Positions 27,520 through 41,481 of a stretch of DNA of 64,000 nt are shown piece after piece. The stretch covers positions 16,554,001 to 16,618,000 of the forward strand of contig OZ024755.1 in the NCBI GenBank assembly GCA_964016885.1, in the 5' to 3' direction. The first letter of the stretch is position 1. Every line of letters starts with the position of its first letter. Made by a program: the position numbers and the translations under genes. A model generated the notes under the pieces. That model was not told the DNA's origin. It was given only the letters and a program-made list of their open reading frames with translations, and searched no databases. The DNA is from Eledone cirrhosa (lineage: Eukaryota).

Positions 27520-27829
27520 CATCATCATTTTACAGGGTGGGACGGGAACTGATTCAGGCTTGATTTCTATAGCTGGATGCCCTTCCTAACACCAACCTCA
27601 TTTACAGTGAGTGCTGGGTGCTTTTTTGCCGTGGCACCTCCACGACCACTTTGCAGTGGAATGATAGGGACCCCAGTCCCTATCATCTAATTTCTACAGC
27701 TGAGTAAACTGGAGCAATGTGAAATAAAGTGTCTTGCTCAAGGAAACAACACATCACCCGGTCTGAGAATTGAAATCACAACCTTTCGATTGCAAGGCCA
27801 ATGCTCTAACCACTAAGCCATGTGCCCCC
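27520..27829 (-). mobile_element. tRNA-derived SINE, same family as 47512
   Basis: Near-identical to 41143-41481, with a deletion near the tail. Confidence 0.85.
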
Positions 27830-28006
27830 ATTAAAGTATATAAAATATATATATATATACACACACACATATATACAGCCATGAGGGTCCCAAATTTTTC
27901 ATATTACCCACTCTGCTACCCCAAGTATTGAGTACTCTGGTGAGTAATGGTCTAACTGGTTTTTACTGCATTCATTCTGGTTTATACATATACACTCACA
28001 CATACA

Positions 28007-28149
<143 letters not shown>

Positions 28150-28319
28150 ACATAATAATTTTTTTTTTTTTTTTTTGTACAAATGGGAAGAAGAGCTCAA
28201 TACATGTTGTATAGTTTATTCATTCAGAACTGACGATTCGGTCGACTGCTACGTTGAATTACTCACATTTGCACATGTGTAGAACGAACAAAGAGATAGA
28301 CATTGAGAATCCTGATGAT

Positions 28320-28339
28320 ATATATAAATATATAAATAC

Positions 28340-28382
<43 letters not shown>

Positions 28383-28685
28383 GCATTATATATATATATA
28401 TATATATATAATGTATTTATATATATATATATATATAAATGCATTTATATATATATATATATATAAATGCATTTATATATATATATATATAAATACATTA
28501 TATATATATATATATATATAAATACATTATATATATATATAAATACATTATATATATATATATATATATAAATACATTATATATATATATATATATATAA
28601 ATACATTATATATATATATATATATAAATACATTATATATATATATATATATATATAAATACATTATATATATATATATAAATAC

Positions 28686-28729
<44 letters not shown>

Positions 28730-28852
28730 CATTATATATATATATATATATATAAATACATTATATATATATATATATATATATAAAAATACATTATATA
28801 TATATATATATATATAAAAATACATTATATATATATATATATATATAAATAC

Positions 28853-28908
<56 letters not shown>

Positions 28909-29063
28909 CATTATATATATATATATATATATAAATACATTATATATATATATATATATATAAAAATACATTATATATATATATAAATATATATATAAAT
29001 ACATTATATATATAAATACATTATATATATATATATAAATACATTATATATATATATATATAA

Positions 29064-29090
<27 letters not shown>
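28320..29090. repeat. Compound array AAATACATT-(AT)n
   Basis: About 25 aaatacatt spacers separated by variable TA runs. Confidence 0.9.
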
Positions 29091-29091
<1 letters not shown>

Positions 29092-29094
<3 letters not shown>

Positions 29095-29154
29095 TTCATT
29101 CTGATGATTGAAAGCAAAATGTTTTGCTTTAAGAAACCACTGGTAAATGAAATA
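29092..29154 (+). ncRNA. Type I hammerhead ribozyme motif
   Basis: TATTTCATT-CTGATGA-TTGAAAGCAAAA tg TTTTGCTTTAA-GAA-ACCA c TGGT-A-AATGAAATA. All three stems pair and the triplet is GUA. Confidence 0.85.
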
Positions 29155-29177
29155 ATTGCCTTATGTTGTTTATTACA

Positions 29178-29320
<143 letters not shown>

Positions 29321-29798
29321 ATGTGTGTGTGTGTGTGTGTATGTGCATATATATATTAGAGTGTTGGGGCCTGACAGCAGAGCTCATGCCATTTTGTCAA
29401 CAAATCCCAGAAATGACTAGAGCTCAGGCCTTGACTCAGTAATATATTTACACTCTACTAACCCAAATATTGAGTACTCTGCTGAATAATGGTCTTACTA
29501 GTTTAAAAGTTGAAAAATCCTTATATATACGTGTGTGTGTGTGAAAAAGGAAAAAAGAAAACTGCTCTATTGGGAAGGGAGCTAATACATTATATTATTT
29601 ATTTAGGTTCATAAAGAAAACAAAAGCGCTACCAAAGGTTTTAAGGCCCCATATCTCCAGAATGTAAAAGGGATCAAAATTGTGATCTAATCTTCAGGTG
29701 TTTGTATATATATATATTATATATATGTACAATAATATACATATCATCATCATCATCGTTTTTTACATCCGTTTATATATATGTTTCTGTGTGATATA

Positions 29799-29955
<157 letters not shown>

Positions 29956-29985
29956 AGATCAAAAGATGGTTAAAGGAGTTCAATA

Positions 29986-30056
29986 TATTTTATTATGCGC
30001 ATTTCAAAAACAAACATCATCAAACAATAATATTTGTGTTTTCATCAGATAAAACA
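29986..30056 (-). ncRNA. Type I hammerhead ribozyme motif (left palindrome arm)
   Basis: Reverse complement of 30186-30256. Confidence 0.8.
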
Positions 30057-30185
30057 GGAGAACATGATATGAAGGCTAAAAAAACACTTGTTGATAGTGC
30101 AGTTTTAAATCAACATATATATGATATGTTGATTTAAAACTGCACTATCAACAAGTGTTTTTTTAGCCTTCATATCATGTTCTCC

Positions 30186-30256
30186 TGTTTTATCTGATGA
30201 AAACACAAATATTATTGTTTGATGATGTTTGTTTTTGAAATGCGCATAATAAAATA
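30186..30256 (+). ncRNA. Type I hammerhead ribozyme motif (right palindrome arm)
   Basis: TGTTTTAT-CTGATGA-stem II (ACAAATAT/ATGTTTGT)-GAA-ATGCGCAT (palindromic stem III)-A-ATAAAATA, with an AUA triplet. Confidence 0.8.
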
Positions 30257-30375
30257 TATTGAACTCCTTTAACCATCTTTTGATCTTATATTATGCATAC
30301 TCCAGTCCCACAAACTGTAGAGTGCTTCTTATCCGATATCTGCATTGCTTTATTGTACTACAATAAAACTCACCT

Positions 30376-30436
<61 letters not shown>

Positions 30437-30483
30437 TCATCATCGTTTTTTACATCCGTTTATATATATATGTTTCTGTGTGA

Positions 30484-30551
<68 letters not shown>

Positions 30552-31184
30552 CACACAATATATATATATATATATATATTTATGTAGGTTACAAAACTAT
30601 TTAGATCAATCTATATATAGCTGTCAAAACATGTCTTATCTGGAGCACAAAGACAAATTTAGTAATAATACACTTATAATTATCACCAACACTTCTAACT
30701 TCTATTATCATTTGACATATCATGGTCACTGCTTAACAAACCTAACCTTCAAGTATCTGTCTGTCTACACACACACACACACACACTCACACTCACACAC
30801 ACACACACACACACACTCTCACACACACACACTCACACCATGATCATCATTTTAACATTTGCTTTCCCTGCAAGCAAGGGTTGGATAGGTCTACATAGAC
30901 CAAGTCAGTACTGAATCGGGGCTACTAATCAGCCAGACAGGAAAGGTTTTCATGTCTTTGGACACAACTGAGGGTCCTCCCAACCTTTTCTTACATACAC
31001 ACACACACACACACACACACGCATAGAAAAACAGACGTAAAAATGATGATGATCATCATCATACAAAACCTTGTGGGACATTCAAAGGAAATGGAAAACT
31101 TGCAAAAGAAAAGCACATGGACATTAACCACTCATCAGCTGTCATCTGGGGATCATTATAGTTTCAGATGCTTTATATATACAC

Positions 31185-31325
<141 letters not shown>

Positions 31326-31388
31326 AGTTTGTATGTATATATGTGTGTATATATATATATGTATGTATGTGTGTGTGTATATATATGT

Positions 31389-31427
<39 letters not shown>

Positions 31428-31445
31428 CATATATGTGTCTGTATA

Positions 31446-31482
<37 letters not shown>

Positions 31483-31655
31483 CAGGACTACAGCTATTTC
31501 ATGATCATCTTGATTTCATACAAATGAAACAGTTCTAGTCCTGTAAGTTTTTTTGTATATAAAATAAAGATACATATACTCTACCAACATATTGTGTATC
31601 TTGTTTACCTGTGGTCACCTCCCGATAACCATCAGGAATCCACCCATAATTGTGG

Positions 31656-31752
<97 letters not shown>

Positions 31753-32726
31753 CACACATACACATAGATCCATACACTTACATGCACACGCACGCACATA
31801 CATATATATATATATATATATAACTTAGTTTCTAGGTAACCAATGTGTACTGTAGATTAGCCCAAGAGTTCCCTTTGACTCTTAAACAACCAGGATAAAT
31901 TAATCTTAGTCATATCACAACCTATTCTCAATGACATAACTAATGCATATATTGAAATGTGTGACATAACTAATCCAACTTTCCTTGAAAACTCTTTCTA
32001 TGTGACCTAACTGTTTCTCTGATACTGATAATGTCCTTAGTAATGTAAATACTTAGACTTCTTATACTCTTAAACACTGATATTTGCTTTCAAGTGGACT
32101 TTCTGCTTAGCATTTACTACATATCATAACTCCTCAGCTTCTCCCCCTCCTTCATCTCCACACACACACACACACAAACATACTCTGCTATCCACAAACC
32201 TGAATCTTTTATTGCATGTGTTTATCTGTGTCCTTGTGTGCATCTATGTGTATGTGTCTTTGTGTGTGTGCGTGTGTGTGTATGTCTTCAAGTGTGTTTT
32301 TGAGGGCATGTGTTTATGTGTCTTTGTGTGCATCTATGTGTATGTGTCTTTGTGTGTGTGTGTGTGTGTGTGTGTGTCTTCAAGTGTGTTTTTGAGGGCA
32401 TGTGTTTATCTGTGTTCTTGTGTGCATCTATGTGTATGTGTCTTTGTGTGTGTGTATGTCTTCAAGTGTGTTTTTGAGGGCATGTGTTTATGTGTGTCTG
32501 TGTGCATGTATGTGTATGTGTGTGTGTGTGTGTGTCTATGTGTGTGTTGTAAAAGACTACATTTTTTTTTCTTTTGGTTTCAATCTCTTTATTAGAGCCT
32601 TCTCATATTTTCTATAAAGAAATTAAAACTCGAAAATAATCGTTTCTTTAGCAACACATGAAGAAAGCTGTTCTCCATATGTAATATATATATATATATA
32701 TATAAATTGTGTGTGTGTGTGTGTGT

Positions 32727-32767
<41 letters not shown>

Positions 32768-33130
32768 ATTTAACAGCTATGGTTTTAATATAACCTGTAT
32801 TAGACATAGGCAGTATTTCCTTTCCCATCTCAATTCAGTGCTTATAATGTCATATACATATATCATCATCATCATCATCAATTTTACATTTGCTTCTCTA
32901 TGCTAGCATGGGTTATACAGGACTTTTTTAGGTTTATTTTAGCTCTTTTGATACGTTCTAATATGATAAAGAAGTGTTCTTCACTATGTAAACTTTGCAT
33001 GTACTATTTTTCGACCCTGACCTCCTCTCTTATTTTGGAGTTTTCTTTTCTTCTGTTCTGCCTTTGATAAAGGACCACTGTCTAAAACATTAACTTTTCT
33101 TCTATGCCTTCTTCACACAGTAGTTATATG

Positions 33131-33464
33131 CAGTTGTCCCCCAGTATTCACGGGGGTTATGTTCCTATGACAACCACCCGCCAAGAGTGAAAAACCGCGA
33201 ATATTGGACGTGGTCCATAAATATGCTTATAAACGTCAAAACATAACGTAAAATATAGGCCGGCAAATACAGTATTTTGTTATTAATAATTTAGCGTTAA
33301 AAAGCATGAAAAATATATATATTGCCATGGAAAAAAAAGCCATAAAAAAATCACAGAAAATATTTATGATTTCGTGAATTTGTGCTTTCCACAAACAATT
33401 ATTAGTTAGATTCTATTAGAAAATTCTGCAAACAACCGGGACCACAAATGCCAGGGGTACTTTG
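33131..33464. mobile_element. Tigger/pogo-like MITE (degenerate)
   Basis: It begins CAGTTGTCCCCCAGTATTCACGGGGGTTATGTTCC and ends ccacaaatgccaggggtactttg-TA, an imperfect TIR. Confidence 0.55.
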
Positions 33465-33974
33465 TACTTTGTTTAGTTGTTTCCCCCCCCCCCCACAAGA
33501 TTTTCAGAATTGTAAGGGCTTATTTGGCTCCACTTTAGGTTCTTTTGTCTAATACAGTTGGCAGTTCATTGAGATCCACTGAAATATAATGATGATGATT
33601 GTGTTCATAATGATCATGGTAATGGTAATGGTGATGATGATGATGATGATATTGGAATGATTGGGCAGAGGCTGGGAATATTTTGATATAATTTGATAAC
33701 CTCTCTAGTGCTGCTATAACTAAAAATGCACCCAGTACTCTCTGTAAAGTGGATGGTGTTAAGATGGGCATTCAGCTGTAGAAATCATGCCAAAAAATAG
33801 GATGTATGGGTCAGATGTGTTCCTCTGGACACACCTAGACACAACATGGTAACCCATCCAAAACATGCCATGAATGGAAAGCAACCATATGATGATGATG
33901 AGGAGGAGGAAGAGGGTGGTGGTGATGGCAATGATGATAATGATAATGATGATGATGTCATTTCAATCCTTATG

Positions 33975-34205
33975 TTAACCCTTTAGCATTTACATTACTC
34001 TCTATATTTACTATTGTATTTTCATGGTAAAGGCTTTACCTCACATAATTTTATCACACAATATTGAATCTATGAGATTTTGATATTATTTATGTTGAGT
34101 ACAATACCTTAACATTAGTATGAGTGGCCGGTTACAGCCAGTTTCAAAACAAAGAGGTGAGAGAATTCTGACCAAATATGGCCGGTTTAAATGCTAAAGG
34201 CTTAA
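33975..34205. mobile_element. piggyBac-like MITE, copy 3
   Basis: TTAA-ccctttagcattta...taaatgctaaaggc-TTAA. Confidence 0.75.
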
Positions 34206-36249
34206 TTTAAAAAAAAAATTTAAAAAATGAACAGAAACAAATAAAATCTTTTTTTGAAACGCCCCAGCATGGCCAGTCACAGTCTAATGACTGAAACTAG
34301 TAAAGGAATAAAAGAATAAAAGAATGCAATAAAAAAAAAAACACAGAAAAAGCAGGTTAATCCCTAAAGTTTCACTTGTTCTATTTATATAACAAAGGAG
34401 GAGATAGACAAGAAAAAATGGCAGTATTTTCAGTATGTTAGTATTTAGTACATCACCCCATTATTATGAAATTTAAAGGATCAAGAAATTCTATAGTTGT
34501 ACAAGTGGTTGGTGATGGGAGTGATAATGGTGGTGGTAACGGTTGAGATGGTAGTGGTGATGGTTGAGATGGTGGTGGTGATGGTTGAGATGGTGGTGGT
34601 GATGGTTGAGATAGTAGTGGTGATTGTACTTGTAGTAGAAGATGTAGTTGTTGTTGAGTTGGTGGTGGTGGTGGTAATGATTGTGATGTTCATGGTGGTG
34701 CTAGTGGTGGTGGTGTGGGTGGTGGATGTTGTTGTGGTGGTGTGGTGGAGGATGTTGTGGTGGTGGTGGTGATGGTGGTGATGGTAGTGGAGGATGTTGT
34801 TTGTGGTGGTGGTGGTAATGATGTTGATGATGGTAGTGGTGGTGGTGGTGGTGTTTGTTAGAAAAAGAAGGTCAATAATATTATTATGTCGCTGTAGACC
34901 TGAAATAAAAGGTCAACACAACAATTAAGATTGTTTGACCCCTTTTTAGGGAGAAGCTATGGATTGTTTGACCCCTTAGGGAGAAGCTATGTAATTTTGA
35001 AAATAAAAAGGGGGTGGGTGGCAAGAAAATAACTGTTTAGTGACAACATTGGTGTATGTTTATTACAAAGTAGGTCAATGTTGTTGTTGCTGTTGCTATT
35101 CCAGCATATTATACCACCCTCTATTACATGTGGTCTTTTCTTTCATATTTTCTTTTCCTTTTTCTCTGTATCTATCTATCCATCTCTTTCTTTCTCTCTC
35201 CCTCTTTCTCCATTTTTTCCTCCTTTCTTTTTATCTCTTCCACTGGTTTCTATCTATCTATCTCTTCTACTCTCTATTCCTCCACCCACCCTCTCTCTCT
35301 AGTTTTCATGTGTTGGATGGGGGACAAGTTTATGTAAATTCGGACAATTATATATTACTGGAGCAAGTTTTTTTTTTTTTTTTTTTTTTTCTTTTGTTGT
35401 TTTTAAACCACTGGATGTTGTCCTTTCCTTCCTGCTAATCAACTACTGAACCATTAAAGCATGAAACAGAAATTATACCTGTTGTCAGGCCAGGTATATT
35501 TTGGTGGTCAGGTATTTTGGGGGTTAGTTAGCAATTCATTAATGTCAGTGGTTGATGCTACAGAATGATCATTCAAAATACATGGGGTTGAACTTCACAA
35601 AGTTGGCTTTAAAACCATTGATAATTACATAAATATGAACAAGAAAGATAAAAACAAAATCAAGTTATGAGAAAAGGGGGAAGGGGTAAAGAAGGGCAGA
35701 TTTGGCTGTATGGAAAAGTAAAGGAAAGGTCTATAAATGGGAGGAAAGGGGGTGAGAAAGGTCTATAAATCAGAGGAAAGGGGGTGAGAAAGGTCTATAA
35801 ATGGGAGGAAAGGGGGTGAGAAAGCAAGGACTCTTGGGCCAAAGAAGAAAGGGAGGTATTTTGGGGTTAGTTAGCAAATTAAATGGGCTTTGTCTACAGG
35901 TGTATATTTATTCAGCAGGAACACCTGTTGTAAGATAGAAACCCCTACACCCTATACACCACAATTTTATTACTGTACTCTACTTATAGAAATATATAAA
36001 TGTTTTTATAATTGTCCGCTCGCCATCATCATCATCATCGTCATCGACATCGTCATTATTTAACATCCGTTTTCTCCCTACTAGTAAAGGTTGGACAAAT
36101 TGTCACATACCAAGTCAGTACTTAATTGGAGGTATAAGAGTTACTGACCTCTCAGCTGGAGATGAGGACCCACATAACACATACAATCCCACACTCTTCA
36201 GAATGCACCTTCTGTTATATATCATCATCATTATCATTATCATTTTTGA

Positions 36250-36392
36250 CGTATAGAGTTACGGCCCTTGCCATTCTGAGTTCAAATCCCGCCGAGGTTA
36301 ACTTTGCCTTTCATCCTTACGGGGTCGATAAAATAAAGTACCAGTAATGCACTGGGTAATTGCTGGCTTTGTGTCAAAAGTAGAAACAATAA
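36250..36392 (+). mobile_element. SINE family B (5'-truncated)
   Basis: It matches the B box, central domain and tail. Confidence 0.75.
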
Positions 36393-36959
36393 TCATTATC
36401 ATCACCATTTAATGTCCATTTTTCCACACTAACATAAGTTAGACGAGTTGTCCCATTGTAAGACAAGCCGGATCAGATGACTGTGATTTGCTCATAGAAC
36501 TGATTTGGGGTTGGTTTTTACTGATGGATGCCCTTCCTAATGCCATCCACATTTACAGTGTGGACCGGGTGCTTTTTATCATGACACCTACATGACCACT
36601 TTACTGGGTGGACTGGGTGCTTTTTGTCGTGACACCTAGGCTGATCAGGATACTCTCATGAAATGACCAAATGAGGTTTGGAAAGAAACAATGCAGTTAT
36701 TAATAAGAAGAGTTGAAATCACAGCTCTAGCAGCACTCCTTCATTGTTGACAACAAAAGGTTTTTTCTCTTAAGAACAAAAGATAGATTGCATGGTGCCT
36801 ACATGAGAAGCATGATGCTACATGGCAGTGAGACATGTGCAGTAAATGTAGAAGATATGTGAGAGGCAGAGGAAAATGAAATGAGCCTAACCCTGTTTAA
36901 TGAGATTGTTAATGTTTGTGAATGATGAAGTATAGATGAGCTGAGAGAAAAACTTAGTG

Positions 36960-37152
36960 TATGAGGGTTAGGCTGAAAAGTTTCTAGGCTGACCAAGATA
37001 CTCTCATGGAATGACCAAATGAACATTATTTTTCAACATAGTCACTGGAAAGAAACAATAGTGATATTAATAAGAAGAGTTCAAATAAATGCATGCAAGA
37101 TTTCACAGCTCTAGCATTACTCAGGCTAAGAACTTTTCAGCCAACCCTTGTA
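36960..37152. mobile_element. Mariner-type MITE
   Basis: TIR-like ends tatgagggttaggctgaaaagtt / aacttttcagccaacccttgta. A partial copy lies at 36640-36745. Confidence 0.65.
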
Positions 37153-37287
37153 TTTAATCTTTTATCGTTTTTTTTATTTTTAATTCTTATTTTTACTATT
37201 AATTTCTTTTGGATTATATAACATCTACCTCCACCTATGTAAACAATATTATTTACACCTCCTTTCTTTTTCTCTTTTGTTTTACAG

Positions 37288-37492
37288 TGGTGACCACCTT
37301 GTGCGAGTTAGGGCACAGGTCATGACAAGAGACGACTCAAGTGGGGGGTGGGTGCCGCTCAATGGAGGGGGCCTCAGTTATGTTTGCCTAAAAACAATTC
37401 CAACTGTAAGCAATGGTAGTGGAGGCAGCGGAAGGGAAGTGGAATTACGCAAAGATTACATTATTTATGGAGAAAGGATCGTAGATGCTAAT
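37288..37492 (+). CDS. Spred: Internal coding exon of a Sprouty-related EVH1 domain protein (N-terminal half of EVH1)
   Basis: Translation GDHLVRVRAQVMTRDDSSGGWVPLNGGGLSYVCL...DYIIYGERIVDAN matches the Spred signature RVRAxVMTRDDSSGGW. A polypyrimidine tract and tttacAG acceptor end at 37287, and a GTAAGT donor starts at 37493. The exon is 205 nt, phase 2 in and phase 0 out. Confidence 0.95.
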
Positions 37493-38107
37493 GTAAGTAT
37501 ACGTCTTTCTTTCAGTTTATCTTTCAGTTTATCTTTCAGCAGTAAGGTAAAATCCAGGATTCAGAGAAATGTAGGTGTTTGGGAAGGAGGAAGGGAGGGA
37601 GGTATCATTGGAAAAAAAATTGATTCCAAGAAAGTTTGTTGATTAAAAAGAAAAGAAAAAGTTCCACTGAATTGATTTGCCATGAGGAGTAAAACACACA
37701 CAAAAATCAAAAACAAAAAAAGAAACAAATAAGCATTTCACACATTCCTCCATCTTCAGACCACTGGAGGTTTTAACCCTTTTGTTACCAAATCCCCTAA
37801 AAACCAACCTTGTTTCTATGATATAAAACAGCTTATTTGAAAGTGTTTATATTTATTTATCTACAAAAATCTTCCATCATAATTTTATGTAAGAACCTTT
37901 GTCAAGTTATATTTGAAACAACAACTTAATAAGAAAGTTAGTTATATTGTTAAATAAATCCCTTCAAATGTTTGATGATTTTCCAAAATTAATTGAAAAT
38001 CATAGACAGGTGTCTTTCAATAGAAATATGATAACCACAATCACAAAATATTGAATGGAAAAAAGGAAAGGTGAAGGCGTGATGTAGGGAATATTGTAGA
38101 TACTTTT

Positions 38108-38316
38108 ATAAAGGGTCAGCTGAAAAGTTTATAGGCTGACCAAGAGACTCTCATGGAATGACCAGATGAACTTTGGTTCCAATGAACCAAATGAACCTAG
38201 TCACTGGAAAGTAACTATGCAGTTATTAATAAGAAGAGTTGAAATGAATGCATGCAAGATTTCACTAGCATCACTTCTTCATAGTCAGCCTATGAACATT
38301 TCAGCCAACCCTCATA
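38108..38316. mobile_element. Mariner-type MITE, same family
   Basis: agggtcagctgaaaagtttataggctgac ... gtcagcctatgaacatttcagccaaccctcata. Confidence 0.7.
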
Positions 38317-38841
38317 CAAGAAAAGAGGCTGCACAGGTATGGACATGTGATGTATATGGCTGATAGTCATTGGATGGAGAAGTGGCAGGAAATCCCAGCG
38401 AAAGGAAGCTACAGTAGAAGAAGTACTCTGTGCAAAGTGATAGTGTGTGTGTTACAATAAAAGACACCCAGAAAAGTGGTTGGACATATGATGATGATAA
38501 TGTATGCTTGTGTGGGTGCGTGTTTGTGTTTGTATGTTTATGTATGTGTGCATGTGCATGTGTATGTGTATGTGCACATAAGTATGCCAGTGTGTGCCTG
38601 CACATGTGTGTATATGTATACATACACACTACCTTTTATCTCTGCCCTGCCAGAACCCTATCTCTACTAGGTCACACATTGTGTAGACTCGTGTGTCCCA
38701 TAAGTCTGTTGGATTTTCTGTGTAAATTCTGTTTAAACACTGCCTTGCTGATGGGACACACTGTATTTCCATGGGTTTACACAGAAAGAATAGCTGGGGG
38801 GTGGGGGTGGGGTCAGCAACAAGAATAACTAAAGAAAAAAT

Positions 38842-39052
38842 AGTTTCTGAATTAGGCACAAGGCCAGCAATTTGGGGAAAGAGGAAAGTCAATTAAATTG
38901 AACCCCCAGTGCGTGACTGGTACTTTATTTTATCAACCCCGTAAGGATGAAAGGCAAAGCTAACCTCGATGGGATTTGAAATCAGAACGTAAAGCGAGGT
39001 AACTCTATGCCACAAAGCATGTTGTCTGACGCTCTACCGATTCTGCCATTCC
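38842..39052 (-). mobile_element. SINE family B
   Basis: Reverse-complement match. Confidence 0.75.
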
Positions 39053-39153
39053 AAATAATAATAATAATACAAACAACAGTACTTTAATAGTCATGTGTCT
39101 TAATGCTACTCCCAAGGTGTGTTGGAGTTGGTCAGTTGCAGAAGGACACACAT

Positions 39154-39192
<39 letters not shown>

Positions 39193-39205
39193 CATACATA
39201 CAGAG

Positions 39206-39243
<38 letters not shown>

Positions 39244-39419
39244 ATATATATATATACATACAGACATACACATACATACACCATACAAACACACACACAT
39301 TGTTATGACTCTTGTTACTAGGCTATCACAGAGAATGAAGATTGTTCATATCTCTGTCTTACCCTTTTCTCTCCCTCTCTCTCTCACACATCACCCGTTC
39401 TCTTCCCCTTTCTCTCTTT

Positions 39420-39965
39420 CAGACACCATCATCTCTCCACCCTCTCTCAGACACTACCCTCTCTCCCCCTATTCTCTCTCAGACACCACCATCTCTCCAC
39501 CCTCTCTCAGACACCACCATCTCTCCTCTCTCCCCCTATTCTCTCTCAGACACCACCATCTCTCCACCCTCTCTCAGACACCACCATCTCTCCCTCCCTC
39601 CTATCTCTCTCAGACACCACCATCTCTCCTCCCTCCTCTCTCAGACACCACCATCTCTCCTCCCTCCTCTCTCTCAGACACCACCATCTCTCCACCCTCC
39701 TCTCTCTCAGACACCACCATCTCTCCTCCCTCCCTCCTCTCTCTCTCAGACACCACCACATCTCCTCCCTCCCTCCTCTCTCTCTCTCAGACACCACCAT
39801 CTCTCCTCCCTCCTCTCTCTCAGACACCACCATCTCTCCCCCTATTCTCTCTCAGACACCACCATCTCTCCACCCTCTCTCAGACACCACCCTCTCTCCT
39901 CCCTCCCTCCCCTCTCTCAGACACCACCATCTCTCCTCCCTCCCTCCTCTCTCTCAGACACCACC
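39420..39965. repeat. CT-rich minisatellite
   Basis: About 18 units of cagacaccaccatctctcc plus a variable CT spacer. Confidence 0.9.
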
Positions 39966-40089
39966 CTTTATCTCCTAGACCACCCACACTGTTTTATTTC
40001 TATCTATATTTTTGTTTCATATATATTTTTCCTCAGTCAATTTAAGCCACTTCCCTCCCATTATTAATTCCACCGGTTATATATATTTT

Positions 40090-40120
<31 letters not shown>

Positions 40121-40121
40121 A

Positions 40122-40167
<46 letters not shown>

Positions 40168-40223
40168 CAAACACATGCACATATTTATATCTATATATCA
40201 TATCTTCTCACTCTCTCTCTCTC

Positions 40224-40260
<37 letters not shown>

Positions 40261-40427
40261 TGGCTCCATATTTATCTCCTATCAATAATTTCATTAAGGG
40301 GGGGGGGGGGGAGTTTCATTCAAATTTCAGTTACAGATAGTAACTACTACTCTTGAAAAATAATTGAAAACAAATTAATTATAACAATAAATCATTTATA
40401 AATATAAGCTGGCATTTACACACACAC

Positions 40428-40480
<53 letters not shown>

Positions 40481-40532
40481 ATATATAGGTTTAGGAATAA
40501 CCAAAGAGTGCTTAGAAATACATTGTTTTATT

Positions 40533-40579
40533 AGCTAACAGTGTTTCATCCGTACCCTAAGGCAGGAATCATCAGAGCC
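40533..40579 (-). ncRNA. Minimal type I hammerhead ribozyme motif
   Basis: The minus strand reads GGCT-CTGATGA-TTCC...GGAT-GAA-ACA c TGT-T-AGCT, with a GUU triplet. It is flanked by (TA)n tracts. Confidence 0.65.
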
Positions 40580-40788
40580 TTTAAACAAGAGTATATCAAT
40601 AGTTGCATGCTCCATCAAGCTGCGTCACCAGAACAAGGTTAAGGGGCCTTAGGGGGGGGGGGGGGGGTCCGAGGCCAACGCTAAATAGAAAGAAACGAAA
40701 TTCATGACGCATATACTGTCATAAAAAATTACATCAAAGATAGGCAATATATCTGCGTGTCTGGGCACATTGATATATTTGTCAACGA

Positions 40789-40846
<58 letters not shown>

Positions 40847-41041
40847 CTTTCGTCAAATCGGGCCGAGGAAATAATGTTTGCATTGGTCTTTCCAATTGCT
40901 AATACTCTCTATCGGTTGCAACTCCAGGTAGAAGGAGCAACATGAAATAAAGTGTCTTGCCCAAGGATATAATGTATCACCCGGTCTGGAAATCGAACTC
41001 ACTACCTCACGATTGCGAATCTAATTCTCTAACCACTCAGC

Positions 41042-41081
<40 letters not shown>

Positions 41082-41142
41082 GTAAAAAGCGGACGTAAAA
41101 TTGATGATGATGATGATGATATATATATATATATATATATAT

Positions 41143-41481
41143 CATCATCATCATCAATTTTACGTCCGCTTTTCCCTGCTTGCAAGGGTGGGACGGGAAC
41201 TGATTCTAGCTTGATTTTCTACAGCTGGATGCCCTTCCTAACACCAACCTCATTTACAGTGAGTGCTGGGTGCTTTTTTGCCGTGGCACCTCCACGACCA
41301 CTTTACAGTGGAATGATAGGGATCCCAGTCCCTATCATCTCATTTCTACAGCTGAGTAAACTGGAGCAATGTGAAATAAAGTGTCTTGCTCAAGGAAACA
41401 ACACATCACACGGTCTGAGAATTGAACTCACAATATTTCGATTGCAAAGCCAATGCTCTAACCACTAAGCCATGTGCCTCC
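41143..41481 (-). mobile_element. tRNA-derived SINE, same family as 47512
   Basis: Full-length reverse-complement match with a (CAT)n tail. Confidence 0.85.

Noticed and set aside
35461-35515. Alternative Spred first exon MKQKLYLLSGQ|gtatat
   Set aside because: The donor is phase 0, incompatible with the phase-2 acceptor at 37288.
37493-37642. ORF continuation VSIRLSFS... after the Spred exon
   Set aside because: It lies beyond a consensus GTAAGT donor where similarity ends, so it is intronic.
39119-40067. 308-aa and 241-aa ORFs with SDTTISPP repeats
   Set aside because: They are a stop-free minisatellite open in several frames, with no splice or homology support.
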